DNA of 58,478 nucleotides, counting the filler, from Blastocystis sp. subtype 4 (taxonomy: Eukaryota), in NCBI RefSeq assembly GCF_000743755.1. It is 2 parts of 2 records of this genome, joined end to end, with 100 filler letters (N's around TTAATTAATTAA, not from the genome) between each part and the next. Parts side by side here need not be neighbours in the genome. Positions count along the whole stretch, not along the records: positions 1 to 29,200 come from NW_014569422.1; 1 more part is not named here. One strand, given 5' to 3'. The notes beneath the pieces were generated by a model. That model saw nothing but the letters and a program-made list of their open reading frames with translations. It had not been told where the DNA came from and did no database searches. A program made the position numbers and the translations under genes. Within the stretch, counting starts at the first letter, position 1; each line of letters opens with the position of its first letter. Of this stretch, positions 1-13,223 are shown in pieces.

Positions 1-81
1 AGAGGCACTTCACCTGGTCAGAAGGTTGGTCTCATTGCTGCTCGTCGTACTGGACGTGTGCGTGGACGTATTGAACCTTAA
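1..81 (+). CDS. RPL8: 60S ribosomal protein L8 (uL2), C-terminal fragment
   Basis: Frame 1 reads RGTSPGQKVGLIAARRTGRVRGRIEP*, the conserved uL2 C-terminus. TGTTTGTG follows at 108-115. Confidence 0.93.
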   Translation, partial: RGTSPGQKVGLIAARRTGRVRGRIEP

Positions 82-446
82 GACTGTATTGATTTTGCTT
101 TGTAACGTGTTTGTGAGGAAACATGTAGTCAACAAACTTAATAGCTAAGGGAACAAATCTCTCATCTACAGAAACGATAAAGATAATAACTTAAAGCTGT
201 TTGCCTCAGATGAGTAAGGATCAAGACATAATCGAGAGAAAAAGACTCAATCGATTCTTCAAGCCATTTCTTCATTAGCAATAATCGAAAATCCTGTTTT
301 CAAATACCAACCTAATCCTGTGAAGAATCTTAGATCTCTTTTGGCATTAGCTTCTTGAAGAGGTCAAATTCATACATACATAATGAATATCTCGATTAAA
401 GATAATGTAAAGAAACCGTTTTTCACTTCTTTGGATAATCCTATCA

Positions 447-3167
447 ATGGAAGTGATTATTAACTATTACGGAGAGGAGTATCCATGTTTCATCTATCCA
501 GACCATACGGTGAAGGATAATAAGGAGGGAATTGCAGTACGAAGACGTTCAACGATTCACCTGTAGGAATACTTTTCTCTCGATGTATCGTATATGAATC
601 TTCAATTTGGGGATGAGATACTTGAGGATGCGAAGATGCTAAGTGAATACAACTTGACTTATCATTGTCATTTGGTTTTGTTATATGACAATCCAAATAT
701 TCTATTGAATGTGAAGTATTTGGAGGTTTCTACAGAGATTGAAGTAGATAGTGGTTTAACTGCTGATCATATTCTGCAAACACTTTTAGATGTATAATTT
801 TGTTGGAATCATGAGCCATAGAAGAATCAAACTCTTGATCCTCCAATTGATATAGCAAAGGCTGAATTGCATTTCCAGGGCCACAAAATTGATGTTGGAA
901 CAAAGATTGCTGATCTGGGGATTGGGTATGGAGATACTATTGAAGTCGTCCAACCAGTTTCGATTGATCTGGAATCGCAAGTTCAAGAGTATAAGAGCCA
1001 AGTGGAGAAGCTCCAAACAGAATTAACAGAGGTGAAACAGGAACGAGATCAACTCAAAGAAGAAGTAACTGAATTAAAAAAACGTGTGAAACAGTTGGAA
1101 GAGATGAAACCGAAAGCTTCTGTGCACAAGAATCCATTTGAACGAAGTCCTCTTAAATCCAATCCCTTTGCCATGGATGAGAATGATGAATTGTATACTA
1201 ATGGTGAAGAGACATTGAATGGTGAGGAAATGCCAGGAAATGAGGAGATTCCTGGTACTGAAGCAGTGGATGCCGAAGCATCGATTCCTCAAACAGCAAC
1301 TGAGAATGGTGAGACAACCGAAGAGGTTAAACAAGAGGAACTGACACCTGAGGAGACAGCTGAAGAGGTAGCACGACGAAAGAAGGGCGAAGCCACAAGG
1401 AGAGCAAGACGTGAAGCCCGTCAAGCGGCACACAGAGCAGCAAAGGCCCAACCTGCTCAACGAGGAATCTGGGAGCCAACAGAAGAGGATAAAGAGACTG
1501 CCAGAAGTGTGTTTATGGTATTAACACATCAAGATGAAGATTCAGTGAGTGATGCTGTGACTGGCTGGTGTTGGGACCAAGGATTGGATGATGCCTCCAT
1601 TCATGAGATGTAGGTGAAAATGTTCAGAATGATTTTTTAGAATGGGATTATTGCCTGTAAATTATGCTGATATCGATTTGGCAGATTTCACAGCGATTTA
1701 TGTTTTGACCAAAGTAGGCCATAAATTGATCATATCATTCATAGCGAGTAGAACAGGGATATCCATTACCAGAAACACTTCCTACTCCCATTCTTCAAGT
1801 AATGACAGATATCCGCGGTTATTCTCTCTCTGTAGCTGAGAATTCAGTGAGTAGTTCAAGTGACTCAAGTTCATACAGTGATTACAGCTATAGTGATTAT
1901 TCTGATTATTCTGATTACAGTTACAGTGGATATTCTGATTCATCTGATTCTAATCCAGAGGCTCCTATTGTTGGTCAACATGCTTTCAAGAGATATCGAC
2001 CTTCATTCAAACAGCAACCCTCTGTTGAGCTACCTTCTCAGAAGGAAGCACCGTCTGCTAAGGCTCCTCGAGCTCGAAGGAATTCAACTGAAGGGCGAAT
2101 CACATGGAAACTCTCTGATTTGGCTCTCCAAAAACTCACAACCGAGGTGTTCCCACGAGTTGCAGAAGGTGAAACGGCTCCTGTGTCTAATGTTCGAACT
2201 CTCTTTGAACAAGCAGGTATTCCCGCGGGAATTATGACATCCACGTAGTTCTGATAAATCCTTCTTATTTCTAGTCTGGAGTTGGTAAGTGATTCTCCTG
2301 TTTTGACTCCAAAACAGTTTGCTGTCGTTGCATTCCTTCTTCAGCGATATCAGCAGGGAGTTACACTCCCTCGTCACCTGCCGTTGCCACTACGCAGTTT
2401 ACTGCCAGTCAGTTCATCGACGCCGAATATGTGGCAGTTGTCGGAGAAGAAGAAGAAGGAGTTGCATGAGCAGTGGAAGAAGGAAACACGACATGGTGAA
2501 ATGACCCAGCAGAGACTGAAGAATGCAGTAAATGAGGTGGCCCACAATATGAATGTGACAAAGCAGATGTAGGACCATTGAGAGAATGAGACAAAGATTA
2601 AAATTGGTACAAGGAACAGAACCGAAGATAACTGAGAAGGTTTACATCGTGGGTGTGTTTATGGCACAAGTAATGAGTGATTGAATGGATTGAGAGTAGA
2701 AATTTAACAAGGGAGCCAATATAAGCACGTTCCTCCCTGCAGAGTTGAAAGCTTATCTGAATGAATCATCAAATACTTCTGAAGCCAATTCAGAGACTCC
2801 AATGAAACCAGAATCATTCGAGGGAAAGCCTCAGGATGAAGTCTCGGTGGATTCTCCTACAGACACATCTGAAGATGCGTCAATAGGAGAAGCTCATCAT
2901 TCAAATGCTTCTCTCTTCAACTCCCGTCTTGTAGAATCTCTTCGAGAGAAAGAGGAAGCTCCTGTGTATCGTAAGCCCTCCTTCAGCATTTCTTCTGTCC
3001 ACTCATCGGATTCTCACTCATCCAAAGTCTCTCGATCGAAAGAGCGACGAGCTTCGCAAGACGAACTCAGTGCAGAACAGGCTCTGAAGTCTATTCAATC
3101 TCCCTTCACACAAGCTCCTATTCCACACATCGCTTCATCATCGGACCCTGAACTTGAAAATGAATGA
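447..3167 (+). CDS. Multi-exon protein: N-terminal ubiquitin-like domains, coiled coil, several EH-like domains, Ser-rich tail
   Basis: UBL-like segments LQFGDEILEDAKMLSEYNL and LHFQGHKIDVGTKIADLGIGYGDTIEVV. Coiled coil KSQVEKLQTELTEVKQERDQLKEEV. EH-like segments include QFAVVAFLLQRYQQGVTLPRHLP. Joined by ~30-nt GT-AG introns; TGA at 3165-3167. Confidence 0.65.
1850..1950 (+). repeat. Coding low-complexity Ser/Asp/Tyr tandem repeat (SDY)n
   Basis: Translates SSSSDSSSYSDYSYSDYSDYSDYSYSGYSDSSDS; imperfect 9-nt tctgattat/agtgattac units. Confidence 0.8.
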
Positions 3168-3169
3168 TA

Positions 3170-3184
3170 TGTTTGCAACAAACA
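3170..3184. terminator. Bidirectional 3'-end element
   Basis: TGTTTGCAACAAACA between the convergent UBL-EH gene and the hypothetical gene. Confidence 0.75.
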
Positions 3185-3188
3185 CACA

Positions 3189-5202
3189 ACTGATTTGCTA
3201 CTTCATCAAAGCTATAATTGAACATTTTATCTAAGTCTTCAGAAGCTTTTGTTGAATCTTCTGGATTTCGACATGTCTCTATTTCTAAAACACTTGGTTC
3301 TGGAGTGTCGGCAATCTGAATGGAATGTGTGAGTACATAATAGGCCCAATCACTACAATTACAAATAACCCCTTGATTTCTACCACATGTATCGATTCTT
3401 AATATCAAACGAATTACACAAAGAATGAGCACGATGTTCAAACTGGAGAAATTTCAATGTATTTACCATCATATCAATAGCCACAATACGATTAACAATT
3501 GGAACCTGGTATTCAAATGAATGTGGCATGAAATCGTGCAATGTCAATACATGCTTCTGTGTATACAATAAGTCCTTTCTATGGTTGAAATAAACTTAAA
3601 TCGGTACATATTCATTAGATATACATTCCATGGAAGCGATTGAATGCCAAATTCCTGAAGTCGTTCTTTCTATCAATGAACACTGAAACTGGAACCAACT
3701 TGACTTTCGTAAAACATACGAATACAGCTGTCATCAATTCGACCTGATTCCTGCAAATCTAGGATTCGGAACCAATATCGAATTGATGTTGGAGATCGTT
3801 TGTTTTCGTCCGCAATCAGCAAAACTAGCTATTAAGACACACTTCCAGTCACCACAGACGAAGTCTTGATAATTAATATAACCACTGGTCATGCAGAACT
3901 TTTTTCGTCCTGCACCCATAATAATTCGATCCAGTGTTAATTCACTATTGTGAATACAAGCCAACAGAAGTACTTTAGACACATCTCTCCATACCTGCGT
4001 AAATCATCTTTGGAAAGGAGGGAATCTTGATCCAAATCCAACTCTCTGAATTGATTCCAAACAACATGGAATGCATTCAAACCAAACGCTAATGGAAGCT
4101 ACAATCAAACTGTAACAATGGCACTACATCCTCTTCCCGATTGATATTCGACATTCGTTTTATAATTAGATAGAAATTACTGTGCTGGTATTCATAAAGA
4201 GAGAGACGACGAGAGTCAGACTGATTTACCTAAACTGAACAAGATCATCCTTACTCACTCGAAAGAGAATGGTGGCAATAACTGTATTGACATAAGCTTC
4301 AAATTCTTCGGGATCTCGCAAGGCATTTTTCAGAACTGGTGTGGTATCGATAATGTCTGCATGATCAGTCTATCAATACTCCAACTATGAACAAGAGTAA
4401 CAAGAGAACAAGAGGGAATGAAACAAAATGGGTATGAAAGCTAGATGTGATAAAGAGATGACAATAAAACAAGGAAGAAGGAAGCTTCAGCAGCTGATTG
4501 GTTACGAATCATTGAAATGTAGAAACTATGAAATGAAATGAGAACTTGAGGGGAACCGTTTAAAATCATCCGCTTGTAACAATCGGACTGACTGAGTGGG
4601 ATATAGATATTTCATTACGCAATCATGCAAAAAAGAAAACAAGATAGACGGAAGGGAGAAACATTCGATGAGAAGTCGAAAGCAAATATAGTCATTGCTT
4701 TCGCGAATCCAATCATCATTTGAAAAGTCAACTTTACCAACTTCCAAATCAATATTACAATAGGGACTTACATTCATTTGTATTCGATTTTATACGCTCC
4801 AGTTCATCATTGTACACTTTTTCAATTCGACTCTGAAACTAAGAATACAAACCAAATGATCACCAAGAGGTCATCCTTCTTTTCATCATTGAGTTTAGCA
4901 GGTCGTTTTTCATCTTCGGTTGGAATAGTATCACTTGACATCGGAGTATCCTCCTTTCTATGTGTTACCTTTCATTAAATTAAGTACGGGGTGTGTACAC
5001 AAGAATCGGACTCATCCTCTTCCTGTTCCTCTGGGGTGACTTCTAATTGCTATAAATGATGTAGATCGGATTTTCATACACTTACATCATCCGGAATCAC
5101 AAAAACAGAGTATAGTACACGATTGCCCTCTAGGATGGTTCCGACGTGATTCGAAACTTGCCTGGGTTTGGCCTCTGGTATACTTTCCACAGATGAATTC
5201 AT
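3189..5202 (-). CDS. Hypothetical multi-exon protein (possibly two genes); no genomic stop before the 3' motif
   Basis: Minus-strand ORF segments 4526-4777, 3734-3982, 3380-3568 and 3118-3441. Ends ...DEVANQ + T(3189), with TGTTTGTT at 3184-3177. Confidence 0.5.
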
Positions 5203-5283
5203 TTCCGAAAATGAATTATCAAGCGTTTGATAAGAATAGAAAGAAAACCCCGAGCACAGTATCTTAACACTTGGTAGTTTGGG

Positions 5284-5827
5284 ATGAGTTCAGTTGTCCA
5301 AGTAATCTCCAAGGAGGGAAAGAATGTGGAGTTTTCAGTGGAGGTAGCGAACACATCGAAGTATTTGCAGACAGTGCTGAAAGAAGATCCGGAAGCAACA
5401 GAGATTCAAACAACAATTCCATATAATGCACTAGTGATTGCAAAGCAGTTTTGTAGGAGTATTGGATGGAAGTGAACTCTAGTGGACTATCATTTAAATA
5501 AGCCAATGGCAAAAATCCCAAAGCCACTGACAGACTATCAGAATTTCCGAAACAACATCGAGGATGGGTTTGATAGTGACTTGATGGTGAATTTGAATCG
5601 AGATGAGACTTTTGATCTTTTATATACTGCTCAAATTCTCCAGAACGAATCTCTCGTGTCTTTATGGTAGATGTGAATAACCGGAGTTATGACTAGTGCA
5701 GCTTATACAGCAAGTATGATTAATGGAAAGAATGTAAATGAACTGCGAGAATTCTTCCAAGTCGAGGATGACCTGACCGAAGAAGAGAAGTTGCAAATCG
5801 ATAAGGAGAATGCATGCTTCCGAATTT
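5284..5827 (+). CDS. SKP1: SKP1-family protein
   Basis: VISKEGKNVEF, DYHLNKPMAKIPKPL, FDLLYTAQILQNESL and GKNVNELREFFQVEDDLTEEEKLQIDKEN match SKP1. Two ~30-nt introns. The 3' end is uncertain: T at 5827 before a degenerate TGTTGAGT, or a genomic stop near 5867. Confidence 0.88.
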
Positions 5828-5864
5828 CCAATGTTGAGTTCAACAAACATACTTCTATAGTACA

Positions 5865-7155
5865 TTAAAAGTTCTTCTCCAAATACAAATAGTTTCCATG
5901 CCATCTAGCTGAATAGTTGGCCTCCATAAGACTACTCCAGGGATACTCCCGCCTTACAATGAGTTTGTTGTAGAGAAAATCGCGGGGATTCTGTAATTGT
6001 TTAATCGATTTCTTCCAATACGTGTCAGTACCTAAATGAATTCCTTCAACTACCTCTCAGCCCTAAATTTCACTCCTACTCACTTCCGTTGTATCAATGA
6101 GATAGCCATTGTTCAAGGCAATAGATCCCATGATCCAATTATCAATATAGAATCGCCCTAGCACCACTGGTTCGTAGTCCATATCCTTTTTCGACATCAT
6201 ACGACCAGAATAAATAAAGTAGTCCTAGATGAAAATGGAATGATAAAAATACAGCTGATAATGGATTTCGCATCAATCCTTCGGCATAAGAACGATTAAA
6301 TGAAGATAAAAAAGCATCCAGGGAAGTGAATGTGAGATTGGCATGTTCCACTTCCTTTACACGACCTGCTAACATAACCTGCTAATCACCTTCTCAATAT
6401 TTTCCTACTCCTGAATTGATAATAAAGCTAGATCGCAGATTCGTCGAAAGCTCACGTAAGATGGTTACAACATTCGATGACAAAATGATATCTCCATTAA
6501 CATAGCCATAAAAAACAGAATCCACTTCTTTCTCAACACGGCGCATCATCTCAGGGAAGATAGGTTTTGAGAATTCATTTAATCTAGAAATAAGGAAAGG
6601 AGTAATTATAGACGGGACATTGGGAATAATGGTGATGTTGTATTCTTGGCCAAGTTGTTGAATAACTTCGCAGTCACTGAATACAAGTACTCGCACATCA
6701 AAGAGACGTTGAAAAAGAGAGTATGTTTTGAAAAAGTATTCAAGGTATGGTGTCCGTTTCTACACATCAGAAAAAGGAATCGAAATAACATGAACCAAAA
6801 AAGTGGAACATAGAGTGAGAAGCACGCGTGACGACTGACCACGAAGGTGCTGAGTTTGAACACTCTTATCAAACCTAGATAAAAAGAAACCTTATCCCCA
6901 TACAACATAAATCCACCAAAAAACTTCCATGGACCTGTTCCACGGACCTTATCTTGCAAAACCTTCAATCCATTGTCATCTTCAATCATCGGACCAACCT
7001 TCACCCTGTAGAGAGTATTAATATACATTAAGGCCTATAAATGATGGTGAGTTCGCAATTCTTACCAAGTAAACCAGGAAGAAGAGAAGGGTGTTACAAC
7101 TTATTACTCCAAGGCTCACCGACCTGGAGAACAGTGATTTCTCTTTCCTCTTCAT
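5865..7155 (-). CDS. Type II membrane glycosyltransferase-like protein
   Basis: N-terminal TM segment (GVISCNTLLFLVYL), then SVFYGYVNGDIILSS (DxD-like). Multiple short introns; ends HGNYLYLEKNF*. Confidence 0.5.
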
Positions 7156-7259
7156 TATTTATCAAGAACGTATTCTATCCAAAAATCGAACCGAATTCCG
7201 TAAAAATGGGATAGTTAAAAAAGACCTGTAAAATAAAATAGATTCATAAGAAAACAAGT

Positions 7260-7730
7260 GGAACTATAGTACAAGCTAAAACATAAGTTGGTTTGTGATG
7301 TCATTCAAGGATGGGACAAACCACAGATCATCCTACAAATTACTCACAAATCACTGTCACACCAATCGATACTTCAGTTGAGAGGCAATATAAACTAATA
7401 TGAGTTCGAGAACAAAATGAGCAAAATAAAACGATGTAGGAGAGAGAGGGAACAGAATAATAGAGCAACCCAGGTTCAATACCGTGTACCTAGAATTCAA
7501 GAGAACCGAAGAACCATACACTGTGAGATTACGTAGTGATTGCGATTTCATGGCGATTGCACCGTATATTGTGAGAATCGTAGAAACAAAGGCGATGATA
7601 AGAGAGACTGAACAACGGTATTGTGACATAACAGAGCTATAGATTCTAGAGATGAAGAGAAAGAACAAATAACACGTCTGAATAACTAATCCGATAAGAA
7701 CCAGAATGTTCAACACAGCAGTTCCATAGA
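7260..7730 (-). CDS. Small multi-pass membrane protein, unknown function (ends approximate)
   Basis: ORF 7357-7716 has about four hydrophobic segments. Confidence 0.4.
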
Positions 7731-8168
7731 AGCAATAGGCAAGAAATCTACGGGAAACCTTTGTCTGCGATGGTTGGCCACGACTATAAATACATTTCTA
7801 CAAATGACCGTTAGGAACGAATTCCACATCTTGAAGTCGAAACTCGTCTTCATCCTGTTCGTTGAATCGAGGGTTAATCCCAATTTGAACTTCTCCAGTG
7901 GGACAAATGAACTCCACATATGCGTGCTTAATGATATAATCCTTCCTATTCATGACTTATTCTACTTCAGCACTACAAGATGGGATCCGAAATGTGTTTT
8001 CGTTGAAATAGCCACATTTGTGGGTATTTCTTCTCGTTTATCTCCTACAATGGATGAAAGAAACAAATTAGACATATACCATCGTGAAGACTGTTTTCAA
8101 ACAAAAAGAGTGGAAAACAACACTGGTTTCGCATATGCAAAATTTGTTATTTGTTATTCATTTTGTAC

Positions 8169-9905
8169 ATGGAGACATCAATATTTGTGGTGTATGAGGG
8201 ATTGAATGTCTTACTGTATGCATATGAAAAGAAAGGAGATGGTGATTCTGATGGTTCTCAGTTTGTTTTGGTAAAGGAAACTCAACTGGAACCGACTGGA
8301 AATGACCGAGGAGATGCTTTGTCACAGTGGATAACATCATATCTCTCCAATCATGCTGATGATACTTCCCATATTCAACTAAAGATTGTCTCGAATGATG
8401 ATTTAGGTCGTCTTCCTCCTATAGATGCTATTTCTGATGTATCTGTTATTTCTGTCTCAGAATTCGAACTCTGGAGATCCGATCATCATATTACTGAGAT
8501 AGTTCCTTCGGCTACTTTTCGAATTCATCGATCACATGGAATTGTTCATTATGGTTCTTTCCATATGGACTCGCCAGACCAACCATTTGATCACTCGCAC
8601 ATATCCCTGTGGCTTGATGTAGGGTCCGATAAACGAATTGAAGTGTTGTCAACAAAGGATCCATTGATTAGTACTTTTGTATTTGTTCCAGTCTGGACAG
8701 GAAAGAATTTGCTTCGTCTCAAGTTTCTCTGTTTTCAAGACAACTCCTACACAATGATTGGACGCATTGAATTTGATTATGATAAGAAGTCTCAAATCAT
8801 TGTTGCAGTTAATTCTCAGAAGAAGGATCAGAAACAGCTAATTCAGATCAAAGTACATCATATTGAGAGTCATCGATGTGACTGTTTCTATTACGACGAG
8901 AGTAGTGATCGAATTATGAGGGAGGATGGTTGCTATCCTGTATTAATGATGAATCATGTTATTTCGGAAGATGATTGTGTGATAGCAGATATCGATCTGA
9001 ATTCATCTGGAGAAGTACCAGCAGGACCAGATACTAGTAATGGTCCTCGTTCACTCTTTCAAACAGTCTCGAAAAGAGACATTACTGGAGCGTTGTATGA
9101 TGAGAATTGGTTAATCTCTCGGTTACGAGGTCGTTGTTGGGCCACTTGCCAATATGATCACGATGAATGGTTTATAGGTGAACTCTCAGAGACAGGTGAG
9201 AGAGTTCAAGGTACTGTATTGACATCTCAAGGTGATCTTCAGTACATTGGCGAATGGAATGGCCGAGGAACTCTCTATCACATTCCATCTCTCCCAAATT
9301 GCCTCATTTCCGGCCAATTTCATAATGGAGTTATTACAGGAGAAGCAGTAATAACGAATGCTTTGACAATGTCAGTTGTATTCCGCGGTGAGATTCATGA
9401 TGTTGCCTCAGGACGAGCTACAGGAACTATCTTCTTTAATAATATCAAGACTTACAAAGGTGAATTAAGTCAATGGAAACCAGATGGAGATGGTCAACTA
9501 TATTGTATGAATGGAGTAAAAGTGTATGAAGGATCATTTGTGGCTGGATATCCTCAAGGGAAAGGAAAACAATTTTGCTACAATGCCCATTTTCCGATGA
9601 CTTTGCAAGGAACTGAACGGGAAGAACAGAGTTTGTTATATGAAGGAGAGTTTTTTAAAGGTATGAAGGATGGAGTAGGAAAACTGGTAAATAAGGAAAA
9701 ACAGACTGTATATGATGGAGAATGGAAGAAGAATCAGATAGATGGAGATGGAAAGATGTGGATTGTGGAGACGGAAGGGGAGTGTGCAGACTATGTACGA
9801 CAGTCATTTGACACATTGAAAGCAGAGAATGAGAAGTTTGTGGATGGAAGGTTTTATCAAGGTCAGATTCATATGTATGTAATAGAGAAATCATTGTGCT
9901 TGTAG
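8169..9905 (+). CDS. MORN-repeat protein, apparently single-exon
   Basis: Repeated YxGxW/F..G.G motifs (YKGELSQWKPDGDG, YEGSFVAGYPQGKG, YEGEFFKGMKDGVG, YDGEWKKNQIDGDG) in an uninterrupted ORF. Confidence 0.85.
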   Translation: METSIFVVYEGLNVLLYAYEKKGDGDSDGSQFVLVKETQLEPTGNDRGDALSQWITSYLSNHADDTSHIQLKIVSNDDLGRLPPIDAISDVSVISVSEFELWRSDHHITEIVPSATFRIHRSHGIVHYGSFHMDSPDQPFDHSHISLWLDVGSDKRIEVLSTKDPLISTFVFVPVWTGKNLLRLKFLCFQDNSYTMIGRIEFDYDKKSQIIVAVNSQKKDQKQLIQIKVHHIESHRCDCFYYDESSDRIMREDGCYPVLMMNHVISEDDCVIADIDLNSSGEVPAGPDTSNGPRSLFQTVSKRDITGALYDENWLISRLRGRCWATCQYDHDEWFIGELSETGERVQGTVLTSQGDLQYIGEWNGRGTLYHIPSLPNCLISGQFHNGVITGEAVITNALTMSVVFRGEIHDVASGRATGTIFFNNIKTYKGELSQWKPDGDGQLYCMNGVKVYEGSFVAGYPQGKGKQFCYNAHFPMTLQGTEREEQSLLYEGEFFKGMKDGVGKLVNKEKQTVYDGEWKKNQIDGDGKMWIVETEGECADYVRQSFDTLKAENEKFVDGRFYQGQIHMYVIEKSLCL

Positions 9906-9944
9906 CAGTATAGTATGGCTGTTTGTAATAAACATATTGGTAGA

Positions 9945-10845
9945 TCAGAACTCCCAGGAATACGGAAGAAGGTCTGATGCGATGATCCCATCATCGCAAT
10001 TTGGTGGTGGTAAATCGCTGACACTCATATCAGCTTCTGAAAACACAGTTACAACCGAAGTTAATTTATAAGAACTTGATTCTTCTGTAGGTGGAACATT
10101 CGGTGCAAAATGATCTTTAGCATTTTCATATACGGAAAGGCACTTCTTAATAAACGCTACACGTTGTTCTAACGATACATTACAAGGCACAACAGCCAAA
10201 TTCTGGCTATTTCGACAAAACTGGTTTCTGATTACAGAATTTTGTAAGATACTTTGAAAAACCGAATGAAGAATTCGGAGCTTTTCTTCATCCATTGGAT
10301 AAAGGGAAATTAACCTAATAAATGAGCTAAAAAAATACAGTTCTACTCACTATCACTGAATCTTGATAACAACAATGCCTAGGATTAACGAACCTTCGAA
10401 TTCTTACACAATTCCAATCACTTGCACAACGAACTACCTCATCGCTAACGTAGTTGAGTAACTTTCGATTGCACTTACGTATTGTTGAATACCAATGATT
10501 CTTAACTGCTGTAATACTCCTGAGAATCACATTGAGAATCAATGGGTACCTTCCTTTTAAGTGTTTTGCTATCTCAGCCCATTTGTTTCCAATCTTCTTT
10601 TGAAGATTGATAATCGTTCGGTTTTCTTCTTCTGTCCATTCTTCTTTAATAAGAGTGGGGTCCAAGCAATTTTCCCAACGAATACGATATTGATGAGCAG
10701 GACGTTTTTGGAACCCATTATGCTCCATTTGAGAGGCAATTTCACTCCAATTATCCAATTTACAGTCTTGAATGAGGTAACACAAATACTGATCTTCCCT
10801 CTCCGTCCATCGACTACTCCGTTTCCTGTTGGGTTGGCTATCCAT
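9945..10845 (-). CDS. R2R3-type Myb transcription factor
   Basis: Two Myb repeats: RWTEREDQYL...NWSEIA...YRIRWENCLDP and EEWTEEENRTIINLQKKIGNKWAEIAKHLKGR|SITAVKNHW. Confidence 0.9.
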
Positions 10846-11084
10846 AGCAATAGCCCAACTTCGAAAAAGAATGACAAGAAATAGATATAAATAAGGAATG
10901 TCCCTATTGGAATGGATTTCAGTCAGAAATGCAGTATAAAATAAGCAGATTAGGATCCTTATATTACCCTCTAAAAAGTATGTTGTGAATCCTTTGACCG
11001 AAAACAATAATCGAGAAGTATATGACAGATCCTTCACACATTATTGAAACTAAGTCTATTATTGTCAGTAATAATAGCTTTTCC

Positions 11085-11842
11085 ATGAGTCATAGTTCTT
11101 CCTTTAAAGGAAGACCTGTGTACTTAAATGTACAATTTTGAATTGGATTTTATGTACAGGTGTATGATTTGATTGAAGGCAACGATTTTCTATATGGTAT
11201 TTGATTGTTTTGATTGCAATGAGTAGGTGTTGGATTGGGTATTTTACACTCTGGAGTTGTTGTTGATGGTAAGATGTGTATATAACTACTAATGAATAGA
11301 AAGAGAATATTCCTATGGAGATGAAGGTGGTGTTTTTGTTACCCATCCTCAAGATGTTGAAGGAGTTCGGTATCGAGAGACAATAACGATAGGAACTACC
11401 TTTTTGTCTCCGGCTCAAGTAAAGGATGTTGTTCGTAATCTAAAAGTGACATATCGTGGTGACAATTATCATATGCTGGAACAGTCTTCATTTGTGATTG
11501 AATTAATGTATAGTAACTGTAATCATTTTTCAAACGACTTGTGCAAGATTATTGCTGGGAAGGAGATTCCTTCATATGTGAATCGTTGTGCAAAGGTGGC
11601 AAGTTGGTTCTCTGGGATTGTAAATGCTGTAGCCGATCATATGGCTGTTGTTACTCCCAGTGGAGGGGGGGATGTGCAAGAGACGTCTTCAAAAGAGCAG
11701 TTATCGAGTCCAGAAGGTGGAAATGATTCTACATTTTCAAGGAGTGATCCTGGACAAAATGGAATCGATCAGTCACACCAGTCTAACAATCTTCGAACTG
11801 ACGCAGAAAGACGACCTTCTCATCCAACAAGAAAGCGGTCCT
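11085..11842 (+). CDS. PPPDE/DeSI-family peptidase (deSUMOylase/deubiquitinase-like)
   Basis: RPVYLN|VYDL, GIPMEMKVVF-region exon, YRGDNYHMLE and the catalytic NCNHFS motif. Predicted end KRS+T(11842) before TGTTTTCA. Confidence 0.85.
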
Positions 11843-11846
11843 ATCT

Positions 11847-11861
11847 TGTTTTCAACAAACA
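11847..11861. terminator. Bidirectional 3'-end element between PPPDE and PYM1
   Basis: TGTTTTCAACAAACA; an in-frame T lies at -5 on both strands. Confidence 0.72.
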
Positions 11862-11865
11862 CATA

Positions 11866-12652
11866 ACTGACGTTTTTCCTTCTCCTTCAGCACTTCATTC
11901 AACTCACTTTCCACATGTTCCTTTGATTGCAATTTCACTTTTTGTTCCTCTCTACCTCTCATTTGCTACAGACACACTAACACTAACACGTCTCCTTTCT
12001 GTACCTTCTCCTCTAATAGAGCGATCTGACGCAACTTCTTACGTAATCGTCTTTCTGCTTTCTGCAACTCCTCTAATGATTACTACAACAATTTTCCATA
12101 CATACCTGCATTCATTTCAGAAATTGGAATGGGTTCTGGAACAGTTTCCGCAACAACCTCTGGAATAGTCTCAGCAACCTCTTGCACAGATTTTGTTTCC
12201 TTCACTACCTCTTTCTGTTCACTAATCAATACTGCAATATTTTACCTTCTCTTGCTTCTTCTCATTGCGAGGAGGCTTATTCACCATTCTTGATGACATT
12301 CCCATGGCACCAGGAATAATCCGAGAAACTCCTCTAGAGCATAAATGACTCAGGTTTCAACATCCCTACCCTTGTTGTAACGAAAGACGATCTGCAGCAT
12401 CTGCTTCTCTAGCCTGACTCATGAATAATCAAATGCAACAAACATACAAGCTGAGCTCTCGATTTCCACACACCAATCTCCTCCTGAGGAATATATCCCT
12501 TTCGGACACGAATCTGAGGTCTCCATGATCCGTTAGCACGCTAAAATAAAATAACGTAATCAAACACAAACTTGAGTCGGAGCAATATGAACCTCTCCAT
12601 TCTCGTCTTCAATCCTCATATCACCAATTCTCGCACCTGAGGAAGACTGCAT
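11866..12652 (-). CDS. PYM1: Partner of Y14 and Mago (PYM1/WIBG)
   Basis: IAPTQ|RANGSWRPQIRVRKGYIPQEE is the Mago-binding motif. C-terminal coil EEQKVKLQSKEHVESELNEVLKEKEKRQ ends at T(11866), 5 nt before TGTTTGTT. Confidence 0.85.
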
Positions 12653-12729
12653 TTCCCCAAAAACAAGAGATCACAAGCAATTATTGCATAACAAACAAGC
12701 AATCAGGACTCAAGGATGAACACAACTCT

Positions 12730-13223
12730 TTAGAAGTAGAGCTTCTTGAAGAGATAAGCAACTCCAGCCTTAGTCTTCTCCTTCTCGTTTTCATTCTGCT
12801 TCAAATAACTATATGTCACAATCCCTTCACAACCATACCTCTCCTGGAAGGTCTTGGCAATTGTCTTCAAAGCAGCCTTTTTCTCGGCAGCCTCCACTCC
12901 CTCCTTGGGAAGAGCACTGAAGTCATACTCAACAGTATATCTAAAAAGTAAATTCATGAATCCATTCCAAACCTGGTGGGCATGAAGTGCTGGAGATTCA
13001 TCACCTTGGTGAAAACCTTCATTTGAGTCTTCTTATTGATCTTCTTCTCGTCCATGGCTCGAACAACCTTGCGAGGAGGACGTTCAACACCAACAACGAC
13101 AGCATGAGGGAACTTATGCTTGTCGTTGGCATTCTCGTTCACCTTCACAATGACAGCCTTCTTACCGGCATACTTGCCAGACAGAATGACCACAACCTTT
13201 CCGGGCTTAAGACACTTTACCAT
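12730..13223 (-). CDS. RPL27: 60S ribosomal protein L27 (eL27)
   Basis: MVKCLKPGKVVVILSGKYAGKKAVIVK...MNLQHFMPTR|YTV...YLFKKLYF*; two short introns. Confidence 0.96.

Noticed and set aside
11843..12168. Apparent long antisense overlap of PPPDE with PYM1
   Set aside because: Better explained by a poly(A)-created stop at 11842; the extension is the antisense of PYM1.
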